From: Patescibacteria group bacterium
GTDB lineage: Bacteria; Patescibacteriota; WWE3; UBA101185; UBA10185
DNA length: 64,000 bases
Direction of reading: 5' to 3'
Assembly (NCBI GenBank): GCA_026004595.1
Contig: BPJL01000002.1
Span: 1,431-65,430 of the forward strand
Below are positions 1 through 8,468 of the stretch, piece by piece (position 1 is the stretch's first letter; every line of letters begins with the position of its first letter). The position numbers and the translations under genes are program-made. Under the pieces are notes generated by a model that did not search any database, was not told the origin of the DNA, and was given only the letters and a program-made list of their open reading frames with translations.

Positions 1-91
1 GGTTGTATTTAAGAAATGCCAAGTAGCTTCCGGCAAAAGCGAATAAGAGTACTATGAGGATCGGTATTAGCTTTTTAAGATCTGTGGGCAT
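1..91 (-). CDS. Partial hypothetical small membrane protein. N-terminal 30 aa MPTDLKKLIPILIVLLFAFAGSYLAFLKYN; continues beyond the window start
   Basis: ATG at 89-91 on the minus strand followed by a hydrophobic helix. Read by eye; not in the ORF track because it is truncated. Confidence 0.25.
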   Translation of the reverse strand, partial: MPTDLKKLIPILIVLLFAFAGSYLAFLKYN

Positions 92-206
92 TTTGTAGAA
101 TTATTATACACGAAGTTAGGGGTCGGTTTTTGGCTGGGGTTAGTAAAAGAACCGATTTATTGGTAAAATTTGTGGCGTAATTGTGAAGGAAGGTGAAGGA
201 AGCCGC

Positions 207-281
207 GGCCCCATCGTCTAGCGGTTAGGACAGTGGATTCTCATTCCACTAACCGGGGTTCGAGTCCCCGTGGGGTCACCA
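207..281 (+). tRNA. tRNA-Glu, anticodon CTC
   Basis: Cloverleaf by hand. Acceptor GGCCCCA/TGGGGTC (7 bp, one G-T). D-arm GTCT..GGAC. Anticodon stem GTGGA/TCCAC with loop TTCTCAT (anticodon CTC). T-arm GGGG-TTCGAGT-CCCC. Discriminator A, then encoded CCA. Confidence 0.85.
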
Positions 282-310
282 GCGAAAGTTCGCAAAAACC
301 GCCGCCAAAA

Positions 311-875
311 TCAATCCGCCCCCTCATCCTTATCCTCCCTATCCTGCCGCATTTTTTCCTCCAAATCTATTTCATATAATTCGCGTTCTAACATCCAGTT
401 AGTTGCCTCTTTTTTAGGTTTTAGTGTTGTGATGGTAGAAGATGTATCTTTGAGCCACTCTTTATAAGTGTTTTCTCTGTGTTTCTGTATTTTTTCAAGA
501 TCCTTTTCAAATTGTTCCCTGATTCTATCTTCTTCAAATTTTCTAAGAGTTTCCGGAGGATTGCGCCTCATATCCTCATTAACTGCCCAATTTATAATCT
601 CTTCGTTTGATGGCGGGGGTATCCCTATTTCGGGATAAAGTTTCAACGGCTTCTCTAAGCAGCCGCGCTCTTATGGGATTTACTCTCAAGTGATGTTCGG
701 CAAAATACTTGTCAAAATAAGGGTTTTCTCCTTCGGGGGGAACTCTGAAGTCATCGGTATTTTTTCCCTTTTTTTCCTCCCCGCTATCTTTGGTTTCTTC
801 GGGCGGCGTATTTTTCTTTTCTCCCTCGTTTTCAAAGTCAAACAAGTTGTCTTGCAGCCATTTTTCTTCTGTCAT
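311..875 (-). CDS. Hypothetical protein split into two overlapping frames (579-875 and 311-646), probably by a 1-nt homopolymer indel
   Basis: Two overlapping minus-strand ORFs with continuous charged/acidic composition. Overlap zone 579-646 contains a C5/G5 tract. No recognisable domain. Confidence 0.35.
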
Positions 876-876
876 G

Positions 877-1782
877 TTACTGCTCTGTTTTCTTCCCGCG
901 AGCTCTTTTGATAATTTTTATGACCAGCCACGCTACTGCAACAATTGGTAAGTACACCGCAATCCAAATTCCCGCGGTCCCAATTTTTTGAAGCGTGGTA
1001 AGCATTGACCTAACTGCTTGCTTGAATATGACTTCAGGTCTCCAGGATTTCTGGGGCGTGTAAGGAAGAGCAAGCTCATCAGTTGAAATGTAGATCGTTA
1101 ATTTGCTGGTCTTGGTTGTCCCGTCCATGTATAGAAGCTGGCCTTTGTAGGAGTCTATTTGGTTTTGAACTTGGTCAATGGCATTTTGGACATCTAGCAT
1201 TTCTCTCACTGTTGTCGCTTTATCAAGTATTGCCATCATTCTTGCTCTTTGAGCTTCTAAATCGCCCAACCTTCTTTCTATGTCAATGTACTCATCTGTC
1301 ACGTCCCGGCCGTCAACGTTTTCAGAAACAACTTTCACGGAAATGGCGCGAAGGTATTGAGACATCTCATCCACTTTTTCTGAAGGAACTCTAATTGTGA
1401 GGACTGCGTTTTCTCCATATTCTGATCTGCTTATGTTTGTATTTACCACGTACCCTGCCACTTGCAGAGTTTTCTGTTTTATGGTTTCAACAGTTTCTGT
1501 TACGTTTTTGACGAGAAGTGAAAAGTTAGACTCCACAACAACTTTTCTATCGGTAACATCGGGTTGAGGAGCCGCCTTTCGTGCCGCGGGGTAGGAGTTG
1601 GAGAGTCCCGCAAGAGGAGTTACTCCTCGGTAGGAATCCATTTCCGAGTATTGCACTGCCGAACCCCCCAAAAATGTTCTGGGAAGATAAGCGAAAATTT
1701 TGCTTAAAAGAAAAACCGCGATCAAAATATTAAAAGTGAGAAGCTTGTGGGTTTTTACCCACGTAAATATTTTATTTACCAT
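877..1782 (-). CDS. Membrane protein with N-terminal TM, coiled-coil middle and C-terminal TM (DUF4349-like architecture)
   Basis: 301-aa ORF. N-terminal helix ILIAVFLLSKIFAYL and C-terminal helix IWIAVYLPIVAVAWLVIKII followed by RARGKK. Coiled-coil segment RRLGDLEAQRARMMAILDKATTVREMLDVQNAIDQVQNQIDSYKG. Confidence 0.5.
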   Translation of the reverse strand: MVNKIFTWVKTHKLLTFNILIAVFLLSKIFAYLPRTFLGGSAVQYSEMDSYRGVTPLAGLSNSYPAARKAAPQPDVTDRKVVVESNFSLLVKNVTETVETIKQKTLQVAGYVVNTNISRSEYGENAVLTIRVPSEKVDEMSQYLRAISVKVVSENVDGRDVTDEYIDIERRLGDLEAQRARMMAILDKATTVREMLDVQNAIDQVQNQIDSYKGQLLYMDGTTKTSKLTIYISTDELALPYTPQKSWRPEVIFKQAVRSMLTTLQKIGTAGIWIAVYLPIVAVAWLVIKIIKRARGKKTEQ

Positions 1783-1861
1783 GCGCTAATCTTCTTATGG
1801 GGGTGCTTTAATGTCAAGTTACAGGGATATTTTTGATGTTTTCAGTTTGCGCAAAAATATT

Positions 1862-2335
1862 TTACTCGCCGAAGGCTATAGATTTTACTATGTTTTCAAT
1901 CTCGGTTTTGTATTCGGGCGAACCTGTTTTAGTTCCTATCATAAGAATGAACGGTTCATTTTTGTATGTTGAGTAGACAAATGTGTATGTAACATCTTGC
2001 CAGCTGAATCCCGAAAGTTTTATCGCAGGCTTTCCTCTGAATTCGATTGTTTCCGGTTCAGCTCCCGATGGGTATCCCTTAGCTGCAAAGTAGTCATCAT
2101 CCATTTTGTTTCTTTCGTTTTCAACGAAGCTTTCAAAAGTTGTATTTCTGTCCAACCTGCCCACCACCCCAATGGTTACCCCGGTGCTAGGTTCTTCTTC
2201 AGGGCACATAGAAAGAAGTATTCTATATTCGCTGTCTGTGGGTGTGGGTATTGAGCATTTATTAATGTAGCTGGTCGGGTACTCAAATCTGACTCCCGTT
2301 TCTTTGTCTACGGCTGATTTTAGAAACTCTGTCAC
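1862..2335 (-). CDS. Hypothetical protein (GTG start), shares an F-[EK]-YPT module with the upstream neighbour
   Basis: 157-aa ORF starting 1 nt after the TGA stop of the preceding gene. Confidence 0.4.
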   Translation of the reverse strand: MTEFLKSAVDKETGVRFEYPTSYINKCSIPTPTDSEYRILLSMCPEEEPSTGVTIGVVGRLDRNTTFESFVENERNKMDDDYFAAKGYPSGAEPETIEFRGKPAIKLSGFSWQDVTYTFVYSTYKNEPFILMIGTKTGSPEYKTEIENIVKSIAFGE

Positions 2336-2336
2336 C

Positions 2337-2960
2337 TCAAACCTTTGCGGTAAAAGATTTATTGTTTTTTATGATTTCGTTTGTGGTTATCTCGTATTGC
2401 TGTCTGTACCCTATGTCGCCTTTGTAGTATCTTGATATTTCAAAATACTTTCCTCCAAAATCAATGTAATAGTTTCGGTAGAACCCATCGCAGTAATCGA
2501 TGGTGTAGTTCAGCGAGTCGTATTCACCCATTTTTCCCGTACCTACATTTGAGTAAGTGGCGTTTTCAGGGCAGTTTAGTTTCATTGCTTCGAGCCGAGT
2601 TGAAGCAAATTGAGAAAGATCTCTCGTCTTGGTGGAGAAGACCGTTATTGTTACTTTGTATCCTTGTATAAATTCTGCGGTGCTGTTTTTAGAGTACAAT
2701 ACTTCAACTTTTCCTTCGCCTTTTTCAGAGTTGAATGATTCTGTCAGTGTGGTGTTGGTGGGGTACTTAAATGAGATTTGAAGGGTGGTGTTTGAGTACT
2801 CCTTGTCTTCTTCGGGGGCGGCAACGGGTGTTGTTACAATCGGTTCGGCGGGGGTATTGACCACAAACCTTCTGCGATCTTCTATCATATGTTTTCTTAT
2901 CTTAAGGCCAAAAATGCTTCCAGCTATCAAGATTGCCAGTATAACAATGCCTATAGACAC
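2337..2960 (-). CDS. Hypothetical membrane-anchored protein with N-terminal TM and N-x-T/S-rich ectodomain
   Basis: 207-aa ORF. N-terminal helix IGIVILAILIAGSIFGL. TGA stop. Confidence 0.45.
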   Translation of the reverse strand: MSIGIVILAILIAGSIFGLKIRKHMIEDRRRFVVNTPAEPIVTTPVAAPEEDKEYSNTTLQISFKYPTNTTLTESFNSEKGEGKVEVLYSKNSTAEFIQGYKVTITVFSTKTRDLSQFASTRLEAMKLNCPENATYSNVGTGKMGEYDSLNYTIDYCDGFYRNYYIDFGGKYFEISRYYKGDIGYRQQYEITTNEIIKNNKSFTAKV

Positions 2961-3097
2961 CTTCTTTATGAAATTCAGTTTGTGCTGAAAAAATTACTTT
3001 CTGTTTTTTCCTCTGGCGAGGAGCGCATCAAATTCTTGTGTTCCCACTTTTGTCATGATGAGTTAATGATACATTTCATTCATTGTCCTTGTAAATG

Positions 3098-3126
3098 TTG
3101 ACAAATGACTGAAATAAATATGTAAT
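3098..3126 (+). promoter_or_regulatory. Sigma-70-like promoter TTGACA-N17-TGTAAT upstream of the small basic ORF
   Basis: TTGACA at 3098-3103, TGTAAT at 3121-3126. Confidence 0.3.
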
Positions 3127-3224
3127 TAAAATACAAATGAATAGAAATAAATTTATTTCTGCCCAATAAAAAATTTTTCAGAGCACACTGTGGTGTGTGT
3201 TGTTTTTTTAGGAGGTGATTTTTA

Positions 3225-3323
3225 ATGCCAGTAAAGAAAAGAGCACGAAAGGTTGCAAAGAAAGTCGTTAAGAAAGCAAAGAAGACCGTTAAGAGACGAG
3301 CCAAGAGAAGAGCGAAGAAGTAA
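3225..3323 (+). CDS. Small, highly basic 32-aa protein MPVKKRARKVAKKVVKKAKKTVKRRAKRRAKK
   Basis: ATG 11 nt downstream of a GGAGGTG Shine-Dalgarno. 21 of 32 residues are K/R. Ends TAA. A hairpin plus T-run (3187-3210) sits in the leader. Below the ORF-track size cut-off. Confidence 0.4.
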   Translation: MPVKKRARKVAKKVVKKAKKTVKRRAKRRAKK

Positions 3324-3390
3324 TAAAAGTATCTTTTGGCAGAGAGCTTTTTAAAGCTAACTGCCCTCACTTAACGATAATTCTTTTGAA

Positions 3391-3423
3391 GGTGGCTTCA
3401 TCATTAGAGGCCACTTTCTTTTA
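3391..3423 (+). terminator. Putative rho-independent terminator after the small basic ORF
   Basis: Stem GTGGC/GCCAC with ~12-nt loop, followed by TTTCTTTT. Confidence 0.35.
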
Positions 3424-3433
3424 CGTAAAAAAA

Positions 3434-4034
3434 TCAGAGACCTAAAAGTTCGGAGTTTTTCTGCATCGCCGTGAGCGTTATTTTTACAAAGTCTTCTATG
3501 CCGATCCCAAGTTTTTCTTCGCATTGGTAAATTTGTTCTCTTTCGACTTGTCTGGCGAATTCTTTTTGCTTGAATTTTTTCAGCACGGAGTCAACCGAAA
3601 CATACGCCAGTTTTTTCTCAGGCATCACGAGAGCGACCGCCACTATAAAGCCTGTGAGTTCGTCACAGCATTCAAGTGTCCACTCAAGTTGAGTTTGGGG
3701 CTCCCGAAGTTTTGTAATTTTTGAGTTGTGGGATTTGAAAACGTTTAAAAGTTCGGGGATGAACATCGTAATTTTCCATCCACTCTAAAAGTTCAACCGT
3801 ATGTCTTGTTGGTTCATCTTTTGTTATTTCCCAGTCGGCGTCGTGAAGTATCCCTGCTGTTTCCCATTGTTCTTGCGTAAGTTCGGTTTTTAGAGTCCCG
3901 GATTCTTTGTAGTGTTCGTAGAATTCGGCGAGAACTTTTCCTACTGCGTAGCAGTGCCGCCTTAAGTTTTGATTTTTCATTTTTTCGTGAAGAAGGTTAA
4001 ACGCTTCACCCGTGTTTAATAATTTCTTGTCCAT
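3434..4034 (-). CDS. HD-domain phosphohydrolase, interrupted by one frameshift (ORFs 3684-4034 and 3434-3766)
   Basis: H..HD motif (HCYAVG...ILHDAD). The two ORFs overlap by 83 nt. Removing one G from the G4 run at 3755-3758 joins them into a ~200-aa protein. Confidence 0.55.
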
Positions 4035-4037
4035 AGG

Positions 4038-5552
4038 TTATTTGATCCCGTATATTTTTTTCGTTACCGAATCTAATTCGTGTTTAAGCTGGGGAAAAGG
4101 AACCCCCTCTCTTGCGGGGACATTTTCTAAAAACCAAAAAACTCTTTCAGAGTGTCCGTATCCTAAAGTCGGGGGCATTCCGTACTCAAGCATTTCTACA
4201 AAGTCAATATCCAAGAATTGAGCTTCGGTATCTCCGCTGTCTCTCAATGCTTGCTGTTCCTTAAACCTTTCGTATTGGTCAATGGGGTCGTTAAGCTCCG
4301 AAAATCCGTTCCCAAGCTCTCCTCCCGCGGCGATGGGATGAAACCTCATGGCTACTTCGGGATTGTTTGGATCAGATTTTGCCAGGGGCGACAAGAATTT
4401 TGGTTCATTTATCACAAAGGCAGGACCAGCGATGTCTTTTCTTGCAAGTTTCCAAAGGGCGTCAACGCCTCTTGAAAAATTCATGTGTTTATTTACTTCA
4501 ATGTGATTTTTTTCTAAAACTTTTTTGAGCTTTCCGAAATCATTATCAAAGATGTCAATGTCAAATCTTTTTTTCAGTATTTCTGAGTAGTCAATGATTT
4601 CCCACTCGTTTCCAAAGTCAACCTCAAATCCTTTCATGCTGAATTTTGTGGTTCCGTAAACTTTTGTTGTTACGTATCTGAAAAGGTCTTTGATAAATTT
4701 CATTCCGGCATTCCAGTCGGCGTACGCCCAATAAAATTCCATAGCAATATGTTCGGGAAGATGTTCGTCTGAAATCCCTTCGTTTCTGAAGCGGGGGCCT
4801 ATCTCGTAAACTTTTTCATATCCTCCGCCGATCAGGCGTTTAAGATAAAGCTCTTGGGATATCCTCAAGTAGAAATCTTGGTCTAGGACGTCCATGTGTG
4901 TGACAAAGGGGTTGGCGTCTGCTCCTCCGGGAGTTGTTTCCAAAACCGGAATGTTCATTTCAAGAAAACCGTGTTCTTTGAAGAAGTCTCGGTGGGCTTC
5001 CCAAAATTTGGACCTCCTGATAAATCTTTGGAAAACTTCGGGGTTAAGATTTGTGTCAATGTATCTGCGTCGCAGTCGCGTTTCTTTGTCTTTCAATCCG
5101 TCCCACGCGTCCGGAAGAGGCCTAAGGGATTTTGTGAGTATTCTGATTGAGGTAACTTCAACCGATATCTCTCCACTTTGAGTCTTGGTTAAAATGCCTT
5201 TTCCCTCGGCAAAATCTCCGTTGTCAAGAAGACCCAGATCGGCAAACCCTATTTCGCTGTTTTGGTAGTTGGGATTAAGAAGGGCGGCTTCCTTTATATA
5301 TAATTGTATTTTTCCGGTGGCGTCTTTGATATCTATAAAAGCTAATTTTCCATGTTTTCTGATTGAAATTATTCTTCCGGCGGCTGTTACCTCTTTTCCT
5401 TCAAGCTCTTCGTAATTTTCGTGAAAGGTAATGTTGGGATGCGACTTGTTTGATACGGCGGGGTATGGATCGATTCCAAGTTCTCTAAGTTTGTTGAGCT
5501 TGTCTATTCTTATTTGTCTTAATTCGGAGAGAGTCGCCATTAACCTATTCAA
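4038..5552 (-). CDS. lysS: Lysyl-tRNA synthetase, class II
   Basis: 504 aa. N-terminal OB-fold anticodon domain. Class II motifs (FRNEG, GGGYEKVYEIGP, ELGNGFSELNDP). Confidence 0.9.
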   Translation of the reverse strand: MNRLMATLSELRQIRIDKLNKLRELGIDPYPAVSNKSHPNITFHENYEELEGKEVTAAGRIISIRKHGKLAFIDIKDATGKIQLYIKEAALLNPNYQNSEIGFADLGLLDNGDFAEGKGILTKTQSGEISVEVTSIRILTKSLRPLPDAWDGLKDKETRLRRRYIDTNLNPEVFQRFIRRSKFWEAHRDFFKEHGFLEMNIPVLETTPGGADANPFVTHMDVLDQDFYLRISQELYLKRLIGGGYEKVYEIGPRFRNEGISDEHLPEHIAMEFYWAYADWNAGMKFIKDLFRYVTTKVYGTTKFSMKGFEVDFGNEWEIIDYSEILKKRFDIDIFDNDFGKLKKVLEKNHIEVNKHMNFSRGVDALWKLARKDIAGPAFVINEPKFLSPLAKSDPNNPEVAMRFHPIAAGGELGNGFSELNDPIDQYERFKEQQALRDSGDTEAQFLDIDFVEMLEYGMPPTLGYGHSERVFWFLENVPAREGVPFPQLKHELDSVTKKIYGIK

Positions 5553-5564
5553 TCAGAAATGGCT

Positions 5565-6035
5565 TTAATAATCAATCTTGAGAATGGTGTAAATGAGTTT
5601 TCCCATCGGGGCTTCAACCTCTATTTTATCTCCGACTCTTTTGCCGCAAAGCGCGGAGCCGAGAGGTGATTCGTGAGATATTTTATTTTCCAAGGGATTG
5701 GCTTCGGGGGCTCCAACGATGTGGTATTCAACTTCTTCGCTGTCCATTCTTACTCTTACTTTAGCGCCCACCCCAATGACTTCTTTTGAGCCGTTGTCCT
5801 CGGATATCACAGCGTTTTTGAGAAATTCCTCAAGCTCCGTGATTCTTCCTTCAATGTATGACTGCTCCTGCCTGGCCGCGTCATATTCGGAGTTTTCGGA
5901 TATGTCGCCCATCTCACGGGCTTCTTTTATTCGTCTGGCAACTTCAGGCCTTTTGACATTTACAAGTTCTGACAGCTCGGCCTTTAGTTTTTCCAAACCC
6001 TCTTTTGTTACATATATAGTGTCTTTTTTATTCAT
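5565..6035 (-). CDS. greA: Transcription elongation factor GreA
   Basis: N-terminal coiled coil plus C-terminal FKBP-like domain; aligns to E. coli GreA from MNKKDTIYVTKEGLEKLKAEL. The longest ORF extends to a GTG at 6071; the ATG at 6035 is preferred. Confidence 0.85.
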   Translation of the reverse strand: MNKKDTIYVTKEGLEKLKAELSELVNVKRPEVARRIKEAREMGDISENSEYDAARQEQSYIEGRITELEEFLKNAVISEDNGSKEVIGVGAKVRVRMDSEEVEYHIVGAPEANPLENKISHESPLGSALCGKRVGDKIEVEAPMGKLIYTILKIDY

Positions 6036-6109
6036 ATGTTTCGTGAAGCCTTCTAAAAAAAAGTTCCCCACCTAGTTTTTTGGGGGAGATAGCGCTTCGA
6101 ACGGAATAC

Positions 6110-6137
6110 ATTATACATAATTAGGTTGGGGTGTCAA
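6110..6137 (-). promoter_or_regulatory. Consensus sigma-70 promoter TTGACA-N16-TATAAT for the greA-lysS operon
   Basis: On the minus strand, TTGACA at 6137-6132 and TATAAT at 6115-6110; ~70 nt upstream of greA. Confidence 0.5.
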
Positions 6138-6209
6138 ATGGACAAGACTCTAGGTTATTGTTGTAGTTATGGGAAATAATGGCGGTTGAGGGGTGATATA
6201 ATGCAGGGA

Positions 6210-8018
6210 ATGTCATTTGATTTTATACCAAAAAAAGAGTGGAATTTTGGGCTTTTATATGATAGGTACGATAAAAAAGCCCTAGAAGAGGAGCTGGAGG
6301 ACATAAAGAAGCGAAATCTGGAGTTTGCGGCGAAATGGCGGGATAGAAAAGATTATTTAGAAAATCCGGAAATATTGAAGCAGGCGCTGGATGAACTTGA
6401 GCAGATAGAGGCTACTATAGGAACCTCTGGAAAGCCCGGTTATTATTATTGGCTTAAGTACCAGCTTGATCAGCAGAATACCGAAATCAAGGCGGAGCTT
6501 GGAAAAATTGAGGATTTGGGAACTTACTTGGAGAATGAGCTTGAGTTTTTTAGACAGAATATTTCAAGAATCCCTGTAGAGAAACAGCAGATGTTTTTAG
6601 ATTATCCGGGCTTGGCAGAGTATAGGCACATGTTGGAAAGAATGTTTATCGCGGCAAAGTACTTGCTAAGCGAGCCCGAGGAAAAGATATTGAATTTGGT
6701 ATCAAAGACTGCTCACGGAAACTGGGTGGAGATGATTTCTGATTTTCTATCCAGAGAAGAAAGAAAAGTATTAAATGAGGATGGCTCGGAATCGGTAAAG
6801 AATTTTTCTGAAATTTTAGACACTATAAATAGTATAAATAAAAAGGTTCGGGATTCGGCGGCAGAAGCTTTGAATGACATTTTTGCCAAGGTAGCGCCTG
6901 TGGCGGAGTATGAGCTAAATTCGGTTTTGCATAATAAAAAGGTATCGGATGAGTTGAGGGGATTTAAGAGGCCTGATGAGTCAAGGCATGTTTCGGATGA
7001 TATTGACAGCGAGGTTGTTGACAGTTTGATTGAGGCAGTCAGTTCAAGGTTTGACATTTCCCAAAGATATTACAAGCTAAAGGCCAAACTGCTGGGCGTG
7101 GAAAAACTCCAATATCATGAGAGAAACGTGGATTTTCAAAAACCGGATGTGAAGTATGATTTTGAGAAATCGGCGGGGTTGATTTCCAAAGTGTTCGCGG
7201 GGCTGGACGAGGAGTTTAGGGGGATTTTTGAGAATTTCTTGAAAGAGGGTAGGATTGATGTCCACCCTAAAAAAGGAAAAGACTCGGGGGCTTTTTGCGT
7301 GCACATGGAGAAAGACCTGCCGGTTTTTGTGATGTTGAATCATACAGGAAGACTTAACGATGTGACGACATTGGCTCATGAGATGGGGCATGCGATTAAT
7401 TTTGAGCTGATGAAGAAGAAGCAGAACGCTTTGAATTGCGGAACTTTTACCTGCACGGCTGAAGTTGCAAGCACTTTCATGGAGGATTTTGTTTTGGATG
7501 AATTGGAAAAGGATGTTGATGACGAGGGAAGATTGGCGATTTTGATGGAAAGATTAAATGGTGATATATCGTCAATTCAGAGGCAGGTTGCATGCTACAA
7601 CTTTGAGAAGGATCTTCATACTATATATAGGAGTGAGGGGTATTTGTCTTTGGAGAAGATCGGCGGGTTATTTTTAAAGCATATGGGGGCTTATTTGGGT
7701 GAAGCGGTTGAGCTTTCAAAGGGTGCCGAAAACTGGTGGGTTTATTGGAGCCACATCCGAAGCTATTTTTATGTTTATTCTTACGCGTCGGGTGTAATGA
7801 TCTCAAAAAGTCTGAAAAAAATGGTTGAGGACGATTCGGCTTTTGTGAAAAAGGTAAAGAGGTTTTTGGAATTGGGGACTTCTGTATCTCCCAGGGATGC
7901 TTTTGGTGAGCTGGGGGTGGACATTGGGGAAAAGAGTTTTTGGATGAAGGGGCTTGAAGAGTTGGATAGGATGTTGAGTGAAGCCGAGGGGTTGGCGGGG
8001 AGGTTGGGGAGGGGTTGA
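6210..8018 (+). CDS. pepF: Oligoendopeptidase F (M3B metallopeptidase)
   Basis: HEMGHAINFE zinc motif; ~600 aa with M3 family layout. Start taken at ATG 6210, 7 nt after the extended -10 TGATATAAT (6194-6202). The ORF track begins at 6186. Confidence 0.85.
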   Translation: MSFDFIPKKEWNFGLLYDRYDKKALEEELEDIKKRNLEFAAKWRDRKDYLENPEILKQALDELEQIEATIGTSGKPGYYYWLKYQLDQQNTEIKAELGKIEDLGTYLENELEFFRQNISRIPVEKQQMFLDYPGLAEYRHMLERMFIAAKYLLSEPEEKILNLVSKTAHGNWVEMISDFLSREERKVLNEDGSESVKNFSEILDTINSINKKVRDSAAEALNDIFAKVAPVAEYELNSVLHNKKVSDELRGFKRPDESRHVSDDIDSEVVDSLIEAVSSRFDISQRYYKLKAKLLGVEKLQYHERNVDFQKPDVKYDFEKSAGLISKVFAGLDEEFRGIFENFLKEGRIDVHPKKGKDSGAFCVHMEKDLPVFVMLNHTGRLNDVTTLAHEMGHAINFELMKKKQNALNCGTFTCTAEVASTFMEDFVLDELEKDVDDEGRLAILMERLNGDISSIQRQVACYNFEKDLHTIYRSEGYLSLEKIGGLFLKHMGAYLGEAVELSKGAENWWVYWSHIRSYFYVYSYASGVMISKSLKKMVEDDSAFVKKVKRFLELGTSVSPRDAFGELGVDIGEKSFWMKGLEELDRMLSEAEGLAGRLGRG

Positions 8019-8221
8019 GAATAGCTCACGCCGCACATTTTGTGAAGTATCCTATAGGAAAAAAAGCCACGACCTATAATTTATTTGACAATTAGATGAA
8101 TTATTAGTAAAAGGATATTAGGAATTTTGCCTATGCAGGCAAACTTCCCTGCCCCGATTGGCAGGCAAAATGCCACGAGAAAAATATACAGAAAATTGCA
8201 GAAAAATAGTTATGTGTTAAA

Positions 8222-8250
8222 AGCACGCTAGAGGCGTGTTTTTTTGTTGT
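8222..8250 (+). terminator. Rho-independent terminator hairpin CACGC-TAGAG-GCGTG followed by T7, in the pepF-giant gene spacer
   Basis: Perfect 5-bp stem followed by TTTTTTT. Confidence 0.35.
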
Positions 8251-8336
8251 AATTTTTTAGAGATTTTGGGATGGGGGGTAGCAAGAAGAGGGACAAGAAG
8301 TATTTGAAAATTTAATTAGTTAATTTTGAGAATGCA

Positions 8337-8468
8337 ATGAAATCTGCTGCGCAACATGGTCGCTTGCGGCAGACGGAGCAAGTAGCGAAACCGGTCTCTC
8401 TGTTGAGGTCGGTTTTTTTATCAGAAGAGTTCTGGCCAACTTTTCTGATGCACCGTAAAAAATTATGA
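8337..8468 (+). CDS. Candidate 43-aa upstream ORF. Its TGA stop overlaps the ATG of the giant surface-protein gene (ATGA)
   Basis: ATG 8337, in-frame stop at 8466-8468. Encodes MKSAAQHGRLRQTEQVAKPVSLLRSVFLSEEFWPTFLMHRKKL and contains a hairpin plus T-run. Speculative. Confidence 0.2.
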   Translation: MKSAAQHGRLRQTEQVAKPVSLLRSVFLSEEFWPTFLMHRKKL

